Both the position numbers and the translations under genes were made by a program. The notes under the pieces are model-generated. The model was not told where the DNA came from and searched no databases. It saw only the letters and a program-made list of their open reading frames with translations. Of a DNA stretch of 64,000 nucleotides, positions 39,069 to 48,918 are shown in pieces; the stretch's first letter is position 1, and every line of letters begins with the position of its first letter. Location of the stretch: NCBI GenBank assembly GCA_018222805.1, contig JAAEZQ010000002.1, positions 288,415-352,414 on the forward strand, read 5' to 3'. The stretch comes from Vibrionaceae bacterium (GTDB taxonomy: Bacteria > Pseudomonadota > Gammaproteobacteria > Enterobacterales > Vibrionaceae).

Positions 39069-40987
39069 AAAACATGACCCTATATAAGAAGCTAGTAGTG
39101 GGAATGGTTACGGTCTTTGTACTCTTAATGACATCAGTATTCGTAATCGAATTCAATACTACTCGAACCAGCCTGGAACAACAGCAGCGTTCAGAGGTCA
39201 ACAACACCATCAATACCGTGGGATTGGCATTAGCGCCCTATTTAAAAGATAAAGATAAGGTTGCCGTTGAGTCGGTAATCAATGCACTGTTTGATGGCAG
39301 CACCTATTCGGTTGTTCGTCTGACATCGCTTGACTCTGACTATCAGATCGTACGCTCTTATCCAATCAAACCGAGCTCAGTGCCACAATGGTTTATCAAC
39401 TTAAATCTCTTTAAAGCAATTCACGACAAACGTGTAGTTACCAGTGGCTGGATGCAGCTTGCCGAAGTGGAAATTATCAGCCATCCCGGTGCTGCCTATG
39501 AACAGCTCTGGAAAGGATTCATTGGCCTATTATCTGCGTTTGGTCTTCTTTTTCTGGCGGGCTTAATCGCTATCTCATACATTTTGCGACGTTCACTCAG
39601 ACCATTAGCGGCAATCGTACAGAAAATGCATGACATCGCGAATAACCAGTTTGGTGAACCGCTTACGCGTCCTAAAACCAAAGACCTAATTGCTGTAGTT
39701 GATGGTATCAATACCATGTCGGCTCAAATTGAGTTGTCATTTAAAGAGCAGGCGAAAGAAGCGCAACGTTTACGCGCTCAGGCTTACTTGGATCCAGTAT
39801 CCAAATTGGGTAATCGATCGTTCTATATGAATCAAATTGATCAATGGCTGGCGGAAGAAACGCAAGGGGGTATCGCGCTACTCCATGCAGAATATATTGG
39901 AGACATTTACGAGACTAAAGATTACCAACGTGCTGATGCTCACGTGAAAGAACTTTCTCAACGCCTGAAAAATACCATCGATGTAGCCGGGGCTACGATT
40001 GCCCGCTTATCCAGTGACGAATTCGGTCTTCTTTTCCCGCATATGGATGAGAGTGAACTACGCATTATGGCTGACAGTATCGTTAACTGTGTGAATGGGT
40101 TAAATACCGACCCGACAGGTCTTGCTAAACCGAAAGTGGCACTGGGCGTAGCCCACAGTAAAGAGCACAAAACCCACTCTGAAATTCTGTCAATGGTCGA
40201 TAATGCCCTGTCCAAAGCGAAAGCTCAGCCAGATAAACCTTACGGATTTATCGGCAGCGATTCCCCATCCAACCTGATGGGTAAACAGCAATGGAAAGCA
40301 TTGGTTGAAGAGGCAATTCACAGTGACTGGATACACTTCCGCTTTCAGGCAGCTAAAAATACCTGGGGAAAAGTATTCCATAATGAAGTATTTTCTAGTA
40401 TTGAAAAAGATGGCGAAACGTTCCGTGCGAACCAATACTTATTCGCGCTAGAACAGCTAGAAGCGACCAACATTTTCGATCAATACGTGATCGAGTCTAT
40501 GATCAACCAGCTAGAAAGTGGAAAACTGAGCGATCCCGTCGCAATAAACATCGCTCAGAGTAGTTTATCTCAACCTTCTTTTATTCGTTGGACAACGAGC
40601 ATGCTCGAGAAACACCCTGGGGTAGCGTCTAAGCTACACTTTGAGATTCCAGAAGAGTGCTTTATCGAACATCCTCACCACACCGCTCTGTTGTGTAATG
40701 CCATTCGCCAAGCGGGGGCGATATTTGGTGTGGATAACTACGGTCGTAATTTCCAGTCGCTGGAGTACATTCAAGAGTTCCGCCCAAATTACGTGAAGCT
40801 CGATTATCTGTTCACTCATAACTTACACGACGAAAAACAGAAATTTACGCTGACTTCGATCTCTCGTACGGCGCACAACTTGGGGATTACAACCATTGCA
40901 TCGCGTATAGAGACTCAAATCCAGTTGGATTTCCTTGCTGAGCACTTTGTCGAGGTATTCCAAGGATTCATTGTCGACAAAGAATAA
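39065..40987 (+). CDS. lapD: Inner-membrane c-di-GMP receptor with HAMP and degenerate GGDEF and EAL domains (LapD-like)
   Basis: 640 aa. 2 TM segments with a periplasmic domain, then HAMP. The GGDEF position reads SSDEF. An EAL-like domain follows. The start overlaps the lapG stop (GTGA). Confidence 0.7.
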   Translation: MKNMTLYKKLVVGMVTVFVLLMTSVFVIEFNTTRTSLEQQQRSEVNNTINTVGLALAPYLKDKDKVAVESVINALFDGSTYSVVRLTSLDSDYQIVRSYPIKPSSVPQWFINLNLFKAIHDKRVVTSGWMQLAEVEIISHPGAAYEQLWKGFIGLLSAFGLLFLAGLIAISYILRRSLRPLAAIVQKMHDIANNQFGEPLTRPKTKDLIAVVDGINTMSAQIELSFKEQAKEAQRLRAQAYLDPVSKLGNRSFYMNQIDQWLAEETQGGIALLHAEYIGDIYETKDYQRADAHVKELSQRLKNTIDVAGATIARLSSDEFGLLFPHMDESELRIMADSIVNCVNGLNTDPTGLAKPKVALGVAHSKEHKTHSEILSMVDNALSKAKAQPDKPYGFIGSDSPSNLMGKQQWKALVEEAIHSDWIHFRFQAAKNTWGKVFHNEVFSSIEKDGETFRANQYLFALEQLEATNIFDQYVIESMINQLESGKLSDPVAINIAQSSLSQPSFIRWTTSMLEKHPGVASKLHFEIPEECFIEHPHHTALLCNAIRQAGAIFGVDNYGRNFQSLEYIQEFRPNYVKLDYLFTHNLHDEKQKFTLTSISRTAHNLGITTIASRIETQIQLDFLAEHFVEVFQGFIVDKE

Positions 40988-41002
40988 AAAGGTTCAACCA
41001 CG

Positions 41003-43117
41003 ATGAAAGACCCTTTGCTGAATTCGCTCATCTACGTTAGCCGTTACTATGGATTAGCTAACTCACCGGAAGCACTTATTAACGGGCTGCCACTCTCGGA
41101 TGGCAAGCTCACCCCGTTTCTGCTTCCCAGAGCAGCAGAGAGAGCCGGTTTGGTCGCCAAAGAAAACCGTGGAGAGCTGGAGAGTATCTCCAGCTTAATA
41201 CTGCCAGCAATATTAGTTCTTAAAGGTGGTGATTCTTGTGTTCTAAATAGCTTCAATCCGGAAACACAAGAAGCGGAAATCACCACCTTAGAAAGTGGAA
41301 TGGTCCCCATCTCTATTTCATTACCAGACTTAATGCAACAATATGCTGGACGCTACTTTTTAGTCAAAAAGCAGTTTCGTTTTGATGAGCGCTCGCCAGA
41401 GGTACTCAAAACTAATCAAGGTCACTGGTTTTGGTCGACATTATGGCAATCGAAACGCATTTACCGAGATGTATTTATTGCCTCCCTACTGATCAATATT
41501 TTCGCTATCGCCGCACCAATGTTTACCCGTCTGGTGTATGACAAAGTCATTCCCAACCTTGCCTTTGAAACTCTATGGGTACTGGCAAGTGGTGTATTTG
41601 TTGTCTTCTTGTTCGATTTCATACTCAAAACACTACGGAACTATTTCATTGATGTCGCTGGTAAAAAATCCGACATTTTGATTTCCTCTAAACTGTTTAG
41701 CAAAGTGATGGGGATCCGATTGGAGTCCAAACCGCCTTCAGTTGGTGCCTTTGCCCGTCATTTACAAGAATTTGAGTCGATTCGTGAGTTCTTCACTTCG
41801 GCAACCGTCAGCGCCCTCATCGACTTACCATTTGCGTTACTGTTTCTGATTATTATTTGGCTGATGACAGGTAACCTTGTGTTCGTGCCTCTGGTCGGTG
41901 TCATTATTTTGGTTATTCACTCGTTGTTAATTCAAAAGCCGTTAAGACGTTCGATAGAAGAAGGATCGCGCCTCGCCTCGCAAAAATACGCCAATTTAAT
42001 TGAAAGTCTCTCGGGTATAGAAACAGTAAAAATGCTCTGTGCACAAAGCCAGTTCCAGTACCGATGGGAAGAAGCCGTCGCACACATGGCAAACTGGAAT
42101 ATCAAAAGCCGACGTATCACGGACAGCATCCAAAACTCAGCGAGTTTTGTGCAGCAAAGTAGTAATGTCGGAATGGTGATTCTCGGTGTTTATCTAATTG
42201 CAGAAGGTGAGTTAACGATGGGTGGCTTGATCGCAGCGACAATGCTAAGTGGACGCGCCATCAGCCCTATGATTCAGCTATCTTTACTATCGACACGCTA
42301 CAATCAAGCGAAGTCGTCGATGACCATCATAAATCAGGTAATGGAAATGCCAGATGAACAAGAAGAAGGAAAGCGTTACATTCATCGTCCTATTGTTCAG
42401 GGTAAAATTGAACTCGAGCGAGTCACCTTCTACTACCCTAATTCGCCTGTCGCATCGATTCGTGATTTAAGCCTAACCATCAATCCCGGAGAAAAAGTGG
42501 CAATTATCGGGCGCATAGGCTCAGGTAAGACAACGTTAGAACGTCTTATTATGGGGCTGTATCAGCCTACAGAGGGGCATGTGCGCATTGATGATACGGA
42601 CATTGCTCAGCTTCATCACGTCGATATACGTCGTAATATAGGCTGTGTACCACAAGACCCAACCCTATTCTTTGGTTCGATACGCGACAACATTACGCTT
42701 GGCCGTCCTCTAACCGATGATCGCGATGTCATGGATGCCGCTAATCGTGCCGGAGTAACTGCATTCACTCAATCTGATCCTGCGGGACTGGAACGTCAGG
42801 TAGGTGAAGGTGGTGCGATGCTCTCAGGCGGGCAACGTCAGGCTGTCACCATCGCCCGTGCACTATTAGGCCACCCTCCGGTTCTGCTGATGGATGAACC
42901 GACCAGTGCTATGGATAACCGCTCTGAAATGCACATAAAGCATCAGTTATCGCAGTTAAAAGCCAATGAGACGTTGGTTTTCATCACTCATAAGACCGCG
43001 ATGCTCGATATTGTTGATCGTATTATCGTTATGGAAAAAGGCAGCATCATCGCGGATGGACCAAAAGCGCAGGTGCTGAGTGATTTGAAAAAAGGTAAAG
43101 TTCGTGCCGTAGGCTAG
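41003..43117 (+). CDS. lapB: Type I secretion ABC transporter with N-terminal C39-like domain (HlyB/LapB-like)
   Basis: 704 aa. C39-like N-terminus, 6 TM segments, Walker A GRIGSGKTT, signature LSGGQRQAV, Walker B LLMDEPTS. Confidence 0.85.
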   Translation: MKDPLLNSLIYVSRYYGLANSPEALINGLPLSDGKLTPFLLPRAAERAGLVAKENRGELESISSLILPAILVLKGGDSCVLNSFNPETQEAEITTLESGMVPISISLPDLMQQYAGRYFLVKKQFRFDERSPEVLKTNQGHWFWSTLWQSKRIYRDVFIASLLINIFAIAAPMFTRLVYDKVIPNLAFETLWVLASGVFVVFLFDFILKTLRNYFIDVAGKKSDILISSKLFSKVMGIRLESKPPSVGAFARHLQEFESIREFFTSATVSALIDLPFALLFLIIIWLMTGNLVFVPLVGVIILVIHSLLIQKPLRRSIEEGSRLASQKYANLIESLSGIETVKMLCAQSQFQYRWEEAVAHMANWNIKSRRITDSIQNSASFVQQSSNVGMVILGVYLIAEGELTMGGLIAATMLSGRAISPMIQLSLLSTRYNQAKSSMTIINQVMEMPDEQEEGKRYIHRPIVQGKIELERVTFYYPNSPVASIRDLSLTINPGEKVAIIGRIGSGKTTLERLIMGLYQPTEGHVRIDDTDIAQLHHVDIRRNIGCVPQDPTLFFGSIRDNITLGRPLTDDRDVMDAANRAGVTAFTQSDPAGLERQVGEGGAMLSGGQRQAVTIARALLGHPPVLLMDEPTSAMDNRSEMHIKHQLSQLKANETLVFITHKTAMLDIVDRIIVMEKGSIIADGPKAQVLSDLKKGKVRAVG

Positions 43118-43172
43118 TTCGAAAGCCAATTTCCTAACATAGCTCCTTAAACAGAGGTTTGCGGAGCTTGCT

Positions 43173-43274
43173 TTATCTGAACCCGAAATAGTTAACCTCT
43201 TCAAAGAACACCCAAACAAGCACTAAGCCAACAATCACAACCAACATCATAATCGCTTTTTCATCTTCTTCCAT
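43173..43274 (-). CDS. Possible 33-aa single-TM small protein
   Basis: MEEDEKAIMMLVVIVGLVLVWVFFEEVNYFGFR, followed by the AGCTCC...GGAGCT hairpin. No SD or family support. Confidence 0.2.
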   Translation of the reverse strand: MEEDEKAIMMLVVIVGLVLVWVFFEEVNYFGFR

Positions 43275-43553
43275 ATACGCAATCTTATTCCCGATCCATT
43301 GGATTATTCAGCCGTTAACGTAGGCTTAATCGACACAAATGATTTGCTCTGATTACTCTTAGGTTAGCAGTAGAAAAGCGTTATTTCTGGGTATCATGGC
43401 GCGCTTCCTCGGTTCAATTTTGGATATGAGAGACACATCAAATCGCATCCTCGACATGAAACAAGTTTGAATTAATTAAGACAAAAGTTTGTGATTACTT
43501 AAAGTAAAAAATCAGCTATAACAGCCGTTTGTTAGTATTATCGAGTTGAAGAT

Positions 43554-44144
43554 ATGAATGATTGGATCCAATTAGATCAAGTGAGCCAGTATTTCAACGA
43601 GGGCTCTCTAGGATATAAAGTGTTAATGGGCATCATTGTCCTAATTGCTTACCGGATACTGAAAAGAGTAGCCAACCGAGCCATCATAAACCTAGCCTCA
43701 TCTAAGGGGGTAAAAAAGGCGCGCTTAAGCTTCATTCAACGCTGCTTTAACGTAGCACTGCTGTTTCTGACCGCTTCCGTTTTTGCGATTGTCACTGGTA
43801 TTGGTTACGGTGATGTATCACTGTTTTTGTCGTCTATTTTCGCAGTTCTGGGTGTCGCGTTTATCGCCCAATGGTCGATCTTGAGTAATATCACCGCAAG
43901 CTTTTTGATCTTCTTCGTATTCCCATATCGTGTCGGCGATCGGATTAAAGTTGTCGATAAAGATGAAGACATCAGTGGAGAGATTCAAGAAATCAGCATG
44001 TTTCACGTGTTAATCAAACACGACAGCGGCCACCTTATCACTTACCCAAACAACCAGATATTGCAGAAAGCGGTATTAAAGCTCGCAAAAGCCAAACCAG
44101 TGGCCAATAAAACGACGTCTCGAATTTACACTCGAAGAAAGTAA
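43554..44144 (+). CDS. Small mechanosensitive channel family protein (MscS-like)
   Basis: 196 aa. 3 TM segments followed by the MscS beta-domain motif PYRVGDRIKV...GEIQEISMFHVLIK. Confidence 0.7.
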   Translation: MNDWIQLDQVSQYFNEGSLGYKVLMGIIVLIAYRILKRVANRAIINLASSKGVKKARLSFIQRCFNVALLFLTASVFAIVTGIGYGDVSLFLSSIFAVLGVAFIAQWSILSNITASFLIFFVFPYRVGDRIKVVDKDEDISGEIQEISMFHVLIKHDSGHLITYPNNQILQKAVLKLAKAKPVANKTTSRIYTRRK

Positions 44145-44269
44145 TCACGCTCTTAGCGCCCAGACGTGTCTGAGTGAATCGCTATAGAAATAAGACATCG
44201 GATAGTAAAGCTTCGACGAGACACTGTAGAAAATAAAGCCCCGAGAGTTCGCTCTACGGGGCTTTAATA

Positions 44270-45889
44270 TTACTGCTTAATATAGAGGTCTTTCGAGTAA
44301 ATGCGGCCCTCTACGTTGTTTTTAGCAAAGCCACCAACGTTAGGGCGCACTAACCTCGCCTGCATGTAATAGTAAATTGGGGCGATGGGTACATCTGCCG
44401 CGATCAGTTTTTCTGCTTCATCGTAATACGCCAGACGTTTTTTGTCGTCAGTGGTAGCTAGTGCATTATTCATTACCTGATCATATTCTTTACTATTGTA
44501 ACGCGCAAAATTCCCTGAGGAATCTGACCTTAACAGGCTCAAGAATGTCGACGCTTCATTGTAATCACCACACCAAGACGCACGCATTACATCAAAATCA
44601 CCTTGCTTACGCGCCACTAAATAAGATTTCCACTCCTGATTTTCTAACTCAACCTTCGCATCCAAGTTTTCACTGAGCATCGAGGCGATGGCAACGGCAA
44701 TGGCTTTATTTGACTCACTCGTATTGTAAAGAAGTTTAAAATCGAGGGGCTTATCTTTTCCATAACCTGCCTCTTCTAATAATTGGCGAGCTTTTTCGTC
44801 ACGTTGTTGCTGTGTCCATTGGCTGTACTTTGGTTGAGTCGCATCAAAACCAGCCGTATATTGGTGAGCAAAAGTGTACGCCGGTAGATTACCAACCTGA
44901 GTGACTCCGTTAGTAATGACATCTCGCATGATCGAATAGGACACCGCTTGGCGGACTCTGACATCATCAAATGGTGGGCGCGTCGTATTGAATGCGTAGT
45001 AATACGTACACAGTAATGGCACCACCGTATACGCATCCTGATACTCTTGTTCAAGCTTCTGTGCCATATGAGTAGGTACATCAGAAGTGATGTCCACCTC
45101 CCCAACCACATAGCGATTAATCGAGGCATTTTGATTTTCGAACGGGATGTAAGTTACGCTGGTGAGATGAGTATCATCCGCGGCCCAATAATTAGGGTTT
45201 TTCTTCAATTCGATGCGTTCATTGACTACCCATTTATCGAGGACAAATGCGCCGTTACCGACAAACTGTTTTGGATCGCTCCACGGCTTGTCCCCCTGTT
45301 CCACCGTCGCTTTGTGTACAGGCATCATTGACGTATGACCTGTCATTGCCACAAAGTATGGGACTTTACTTTCTAGTTCGAAACGAAGTGTATATTTATC
45401 TAACGCATCAACACCCAACTGTTCAACTGGCAATTTACCTTCGGCAACATCCACAATATTCTTAATGTTTGTCATCTCAAGATACCAAACATTAGGTGAC
45501 GCCAATTTCGGATCCACTGCACGTCTTAAGGCGTAAACGAAATCTTCAGCCGTCACCGGATCACCGTTTGACCATTTTGCGTCTTTACGTAGATGGAAGA
45601 CAAACGTTTGGTTATCTTCCGTTTCCCACGACTGAGCAACCCCAGGGACAATATTGCCATTACGATCTTGAATTACCAGACCTTCAAATAAGTCTCGCAA
45701 TATGTGCATTTCAGGCATACCCTCGGCTTTTGCCGGATCGAGAGTGGCCGCTTCTGCATCATTTGCTCGTACTAAAACTTGCTCAGCAGCAAGTTTAACG
45801 TCTTCAGGTATCGCAAACGCAGATGTCGTTACGACAGGGGTTAAAAGAGAGGAAATAAGTAATGTCATCAAGTGTTTTTTAATATCCAT
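44270..45889 (-). CDS. Periplasmic peptide-binding protein, SBP family 5 (OppA/MppA-like)
   Basis: 539 aa with signal peptide. Family-5 SBP pattern (WSNGDPVTAEDFVYALRR). Divergent from mpaA, as expected for murein-peptide uptake. Confidence 0.8.
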   Translation of the reverse strand: MDIKKHLMTLLISSLLTPVVTTSAFAIPEDVKLAAEQVLVRANDAEAATLDPAKAEGMPEMHILRDLFEGLVIQDRNGNIVPGVAQSWETEDNQTFVFHLRKDAKWSNGDPVTAEDFVYALRRAVDPKLASPNVWYLEMTNIKNIVDVAEGKLPVEQLGVDALDKYTLRFELESKVPYFVAMTGHTSMMPVHKATVEQGDKPWSDPKQFVGNGAFVLDKWVVNERIELKKNPNYWAADDTHLTSVTYIPFENQNASINRYVVGEVDITSDVPTHMAQKLEQEYQDAYTVVPLLCTYYYAFNTTRPPFDDVRVRQAVSYSIMRDVITNGVTQVGNLPAYTFAHQYTAGFDATQPKYSQWTQQQRDEKARQLLEEAGYGKDKPLDFKLLYNTSESNKAIAVAIASMLSENLDAKVELENQEWKSYLVARKQGDFDVMRASWCGDYNEASTFLSLLRSDSSGNFARYNSKEYDQVMNNALATTDDKKRLAYYDEAEKLIAADVPIAPIYYYMQARLVRPNVGGFAKNNVEGRIYSKDLYIKQ

Positions 45890-46019
45890 ATCTTTTTTAG
45901 TTCTCCTAACTCGTCTTTTGAAGCCAACGCCACAATTAACAATACAACCATTGACGAAATTTAACTGTTCGGTTTATCTAAGTAATTAAAAATAATATTA
46001 CTTCATCTGGTAGGAGAAT

Positions 46020-46733
46020 ATGGTGAGTCTAATTCCAAGAACGGAAAGAGCTGCATTTTTAATTAAGCCCAGAACCTACGGAAAGTCCGTCTTAGGTGCG
46101 CCTTTGTTTTACTTCCCTGCTCAGGTAGAAAGCAACTCACGTGGTTTGATTTTAGCGGGAACGCACGGAGATGAGACGGCTTCTATTACAGGTTTATCAT
46201 GCGCACTAAGATGTTTGCCAGAAAACTGCTTACATCATGATGTCGTGTTATCCATGAATCCTGATGGTAACCAGCTTGGTACCAGAGCCAACGCCAATCA
46301 AGTAGATCTCAATCGTGCCTTTCCAACCCATAACTGGACTGAACATGGTACAGTTTACCGTTGGAGCTCTCATACACCAGTACGCGACGTAAATGTGAAA
46401 ACGGGTAACGCGAGTCAACGAGAACCAGAGGTCGCCGCGCTGATTAATCTCATCGAAGAAAGACAGCCAAAGTTTGTGGTCTCCTTCCATGAACCGCTGG
46501 CCTTTGTAGATGATCCACAATTTTCTGACTTAGCAAAATGGCTCAGTAACCAGTTCGACCTCCCATTGGTCGAAGATGTGGATTACGAAACTCCAGGTTC
46601 ATTTGGCACTTGGTGTCGTGAACGTGAACTACCTTGTATCACCCTGGAGTTACCTGCGGTTTCCTCAGATTTGACTATAGAGCAATACCTTCCGGCGATT
46701 ATCGCATTACTTCAGTATGAGGCAGCCTATTAG
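46020..46733 (+). CDS. mpaA: Murein peptide amidase A (M14 zinc carboxypeptidase family)
   Basis: 237 aa. AGTHGDE zinc motif and N-terminal similarity to E. coli MpaA (RTERAAF...YGKSVLGAPLFYFP). Confidence 0.75.
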   Translation: MVSLIPRTERAAFLIKPRTYGKSVLGAPLFYFPAQVESNSRGLILAGTHGDETASITGLSCALRCLPENCLHHDVVLSMNPDGNQLGTRANANQVDLNRAFPTHNWTEHGTVYRWSSHTPVRDVNVKTGNASQREPEVAALINLIEERQPKFVVSFHEPLAFVDDPQFSDLAKWLSNQFDLPLVEDVDYETPGSFGTWCRERELPCITLELPAVSSDLTIEQYLPAIIALLQYEAAY

Positions 46734-46794
46734 CGTTATACCACTAAGTCTGGCATTTCATTATCTGCTTTGAAAAAGAAAGAGATAGGTATGC

Positions 46795-46809
46795 AATTTA
46801 CAGTGTAAA
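46795..46809. promoter_or_regulatory. parS2-type centromere site 1
   Basis: ATTTACAGTGTAAAA. Matches the NTTTACANTGTAAAN consensus of V. cholerae parS2. Confidence 0.75.
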
Positions 46810-46988
46810 ACGTTTTTGTTGGAGGCGTGAAATGGCGCTTGTAAAGATATTTTCCGCCGCGAAAGGTATAGGCAGCGCAATTAGTAAAAGCCATGTTTTA
46901 TGCTCATTAAGAACACGATAAAATCAGAACACAATACTTAAGAGAGAAAGTTAAATTGACAATAAGATGATATCTAAGCAGTAATACA

Positions 46989-48650
46989 TTATTGTTCGAG
47001 ATTCGCGGACACCTTGACTTCGTATTGATTAAATCGAAACGCACATCCGCCGTGGGTGTGTTTAGTCGTCACTTTCTCTGTATTAAACTGAACGGTTACT
47101 CGTGAAAAAACGTGCTCTTTCGCTACGACAGTGTTTTCTTTTAGGGCGAGTTCAAACGCAACCTCAGTCTGTTCCAGCTTCGATTTTAATTCTTCCAATA
47201 GACTATTATTTTGTATTTTTTGCTTTTTTATTTCTGTCAGATCTGAGTCACTACGCTCTGCTTTTGGTCGCTTTTTAAATTCTAACTCTTTGCGGATGAC
47301 GTCCATAGTACCAAGTTGCGCACTTTTATATTGTTCTTTCAAATTGCCAATACGATCCTTATACAAAGAATAATCAGTGAAGGCTTCGACCTTCGTCGCT
47401 GTATCACCTTCCACTCCCAATTGTAAACACAACACACTTCCAGCTACCTTGGCATGACCACCGCTCAATGTACCGTTTTTGCCACTGGCATCCAGTACAG
47501 CCAGGTTCCTGCCACAAATGATGTCGTTATGCATGCAATGGACTGCGAGTTCGATATCTTTACCCGCAGTTAGATCACAATACTGTGCGTAATTGGCTCG
47601 TATAGACCCTTTAGTTTTAACACGACAACTTTTAGATTGGCCATCACTTACCGTATGTCCAATAATCCCTTTACCGATCAGAATGTCATCGTACGCTTGC
47701 ACATCAGCAGACTCAATAAAGCCACCAACAGTGATCGAGCCTGTAGCCTGAACAATCATGCCTGGCTCGATGTTACCACCAATAATCACATTTCCTTTAA
47801 ATTTAACGTGACCAGTGTTAACGCCTATATTATTGAGGCATAGCGCGTTGTCGACTTCAATCGTATTGTTCTTAATTAATGGCGTACCAGAAGTTGAAGC
47901 AATGAGTAAATTTGGATCACTTTTACTAACTTCGGTGCCTTTACCTGTTTTGAGCGCGGTATCTTTGCCCGCTTGTGGAGGAATGACTCGGCCTTGGACA
48001 GTATAGCCTGGTGTACCTCTAGTGGCTGGCGTACGGCGCATGACTTCGTCACCAATATTGACAGAGATTGTTTCGCCGAGATTTCTCAAGTCAATTTTAT
48101 CACCGCTCGACTGACCTTGTTTTGGCTTGAGTATACGTTTGGTAATGTCTTTAACAAGAGGAGTAAAGATGGCATCATTCCCTTTAATTGGCGGTTTACC
48201 AACAGCAACAGGTTGTGTGAACTTTGCACCAGGCTTAAGTTGAGTGCTCACCAGCATAACTTTCTTTAGCGCGAGTTTGTTGATGCCTTTGGTCACCTTT
48301 GCTCTTGCGAGAGCGCGAACAATCTCTTCCCCTCGTAATCCTCTTCCGCCATAAGCACCAGCAACGGTAATGCTTGCAAGCATATCATTATTAGACAGCT
48401 CAACTTGAATGTGCGCATTTTTCTTCTGTGCGATCACTATGCCTTTGTACGCCTTAGCATCTCGATCTCTCACGCCGTCAATAAATCGGCTTACCTCACC
48501 ATCCTCTACATATAATGAGTCTGCATTCATCAATGTTAATTGTGCGGGTAATTCTTCTCTATTGAGTTCACTTACAAGATCCACTTCTCGCGAAAGGCGG
48601 GCGATTATCCGTGTTTTATCTTCAGACCACTCCAGACAAAGATTCCACAT
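46989..48650 (-). CDS. DUF342 / FapA (flagellar assembly protein A)-family protein
   Basis: 553 aa. Central beta-helix-like repeats (GNVIIGGNIEPG..., GSITVGGFIESA..., ILIGKGIIG) and a C-terminal coiled coil, typical of DUF342. Confidence 0.65.
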   Translation of the reverse strand: MWNLCLEWSEDKTRIIARLSREVDLVSELNREELPAQLTLMNADSLYVEDGEVSRFIDGVRDRDAKAYKGIVIAQKKNAHIQVELSNNDMLASITVAGAYGGRGLRGEEIVRALARAKVTKGINKLALKKVMLVSTQLKPGAKFTQPVAVGKPPIKGNDAIFTPLVKDITKRILKPKQGQSSGDKIDLRNLGETISVNIGDEVMRRTPATRGTPGYTVQGRVIPPQAGKDTALKTGKGTEVSKSDPNLLIASTSGTPLIKNNTIEVDNALCLNNIGVNTGHVKFKGNVIIGGNIEPGMIVQATGSITVGGFIESADVQAYDDILIGKGIIGHTVSDGQSKSCRVKTKGSIRANYAQYCDLTAGKDIELAVHCMHNDIICGRNLAVLDASGKNGTLSGGHAKVAGSVLCLQLGVEGDTATKVEAFTDYSLYKDRIGNLKEQYKSAQLGTMDVIRKELEFKKRPKAERSDSDLTEIKKQKIQNNSLLEELKSKLEQTEVAFELALKENTVVAKEHVFSRVTVQFNTEKVTTKHTHGGCAFRFNQYEVKVSANLEQ

Positions 48651-48838
48651 AGCGATACCATTTTGCTGTACATCAACGCCTCCAGTCTAACTAAAAATAT
48701 TTTCTCCACAAACTGCACTGTTTTAATAATCAGGGTTATGTCACTAACAGTGAGAATTATATCAATTCCAACAACTCGATGAATCGTCTCATTAAATAAC
48801 AAATGCTATTCTAGAAACCAACAAATATAAAAGCGGAG

Positions 48839-48853
48839 ATTTACAGTGTAAAC
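48839..48853. promoter_or_regulatory. parS2-type site 2, embedded in a longer GCGGAG...CTCCGC palindrome
   Basis: ATTTACAGTGTAAAC flanked by GCGGAG / CTCCGC arms (48834-48860). Confidence 0.75.
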
Positions 48854-48874
48854 CTCCGCTTTCTACACATTCTA

Positions 48875-48889
48875 ATTTACAGTGTAAAT
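48875..48889. promoter_or_regulatory. parS2-type site 3
   Basis: ATTTACAGTGTAAAT, a perfect 7-1-7 palindrome. Confidence 0.8.
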
Positions 48890-48903
48890 CTAATCAGCAT
48901 CCG

Positions 48904-48918
48904 TTTTACAGTGTAAAT
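48904..48918. promoter_or_regulatory. parS2-type site 4, abutting the tmcA stop codon
   Basis: TTTTACAGTGTAAAT. The last base overlaps the TAA stop (48918-48920) of tmcA. Confidence 0.75.

Noticed and set aside
46843-46932. 29-aa ORF (MALVKIFSAAKGIGSAISKSHVLCSLRTR) next to parS2 site 1.
   Set aside because: It is too short, with no terminator or conservation evidence available. It probably arises by chance in the DUF342 3' flank.
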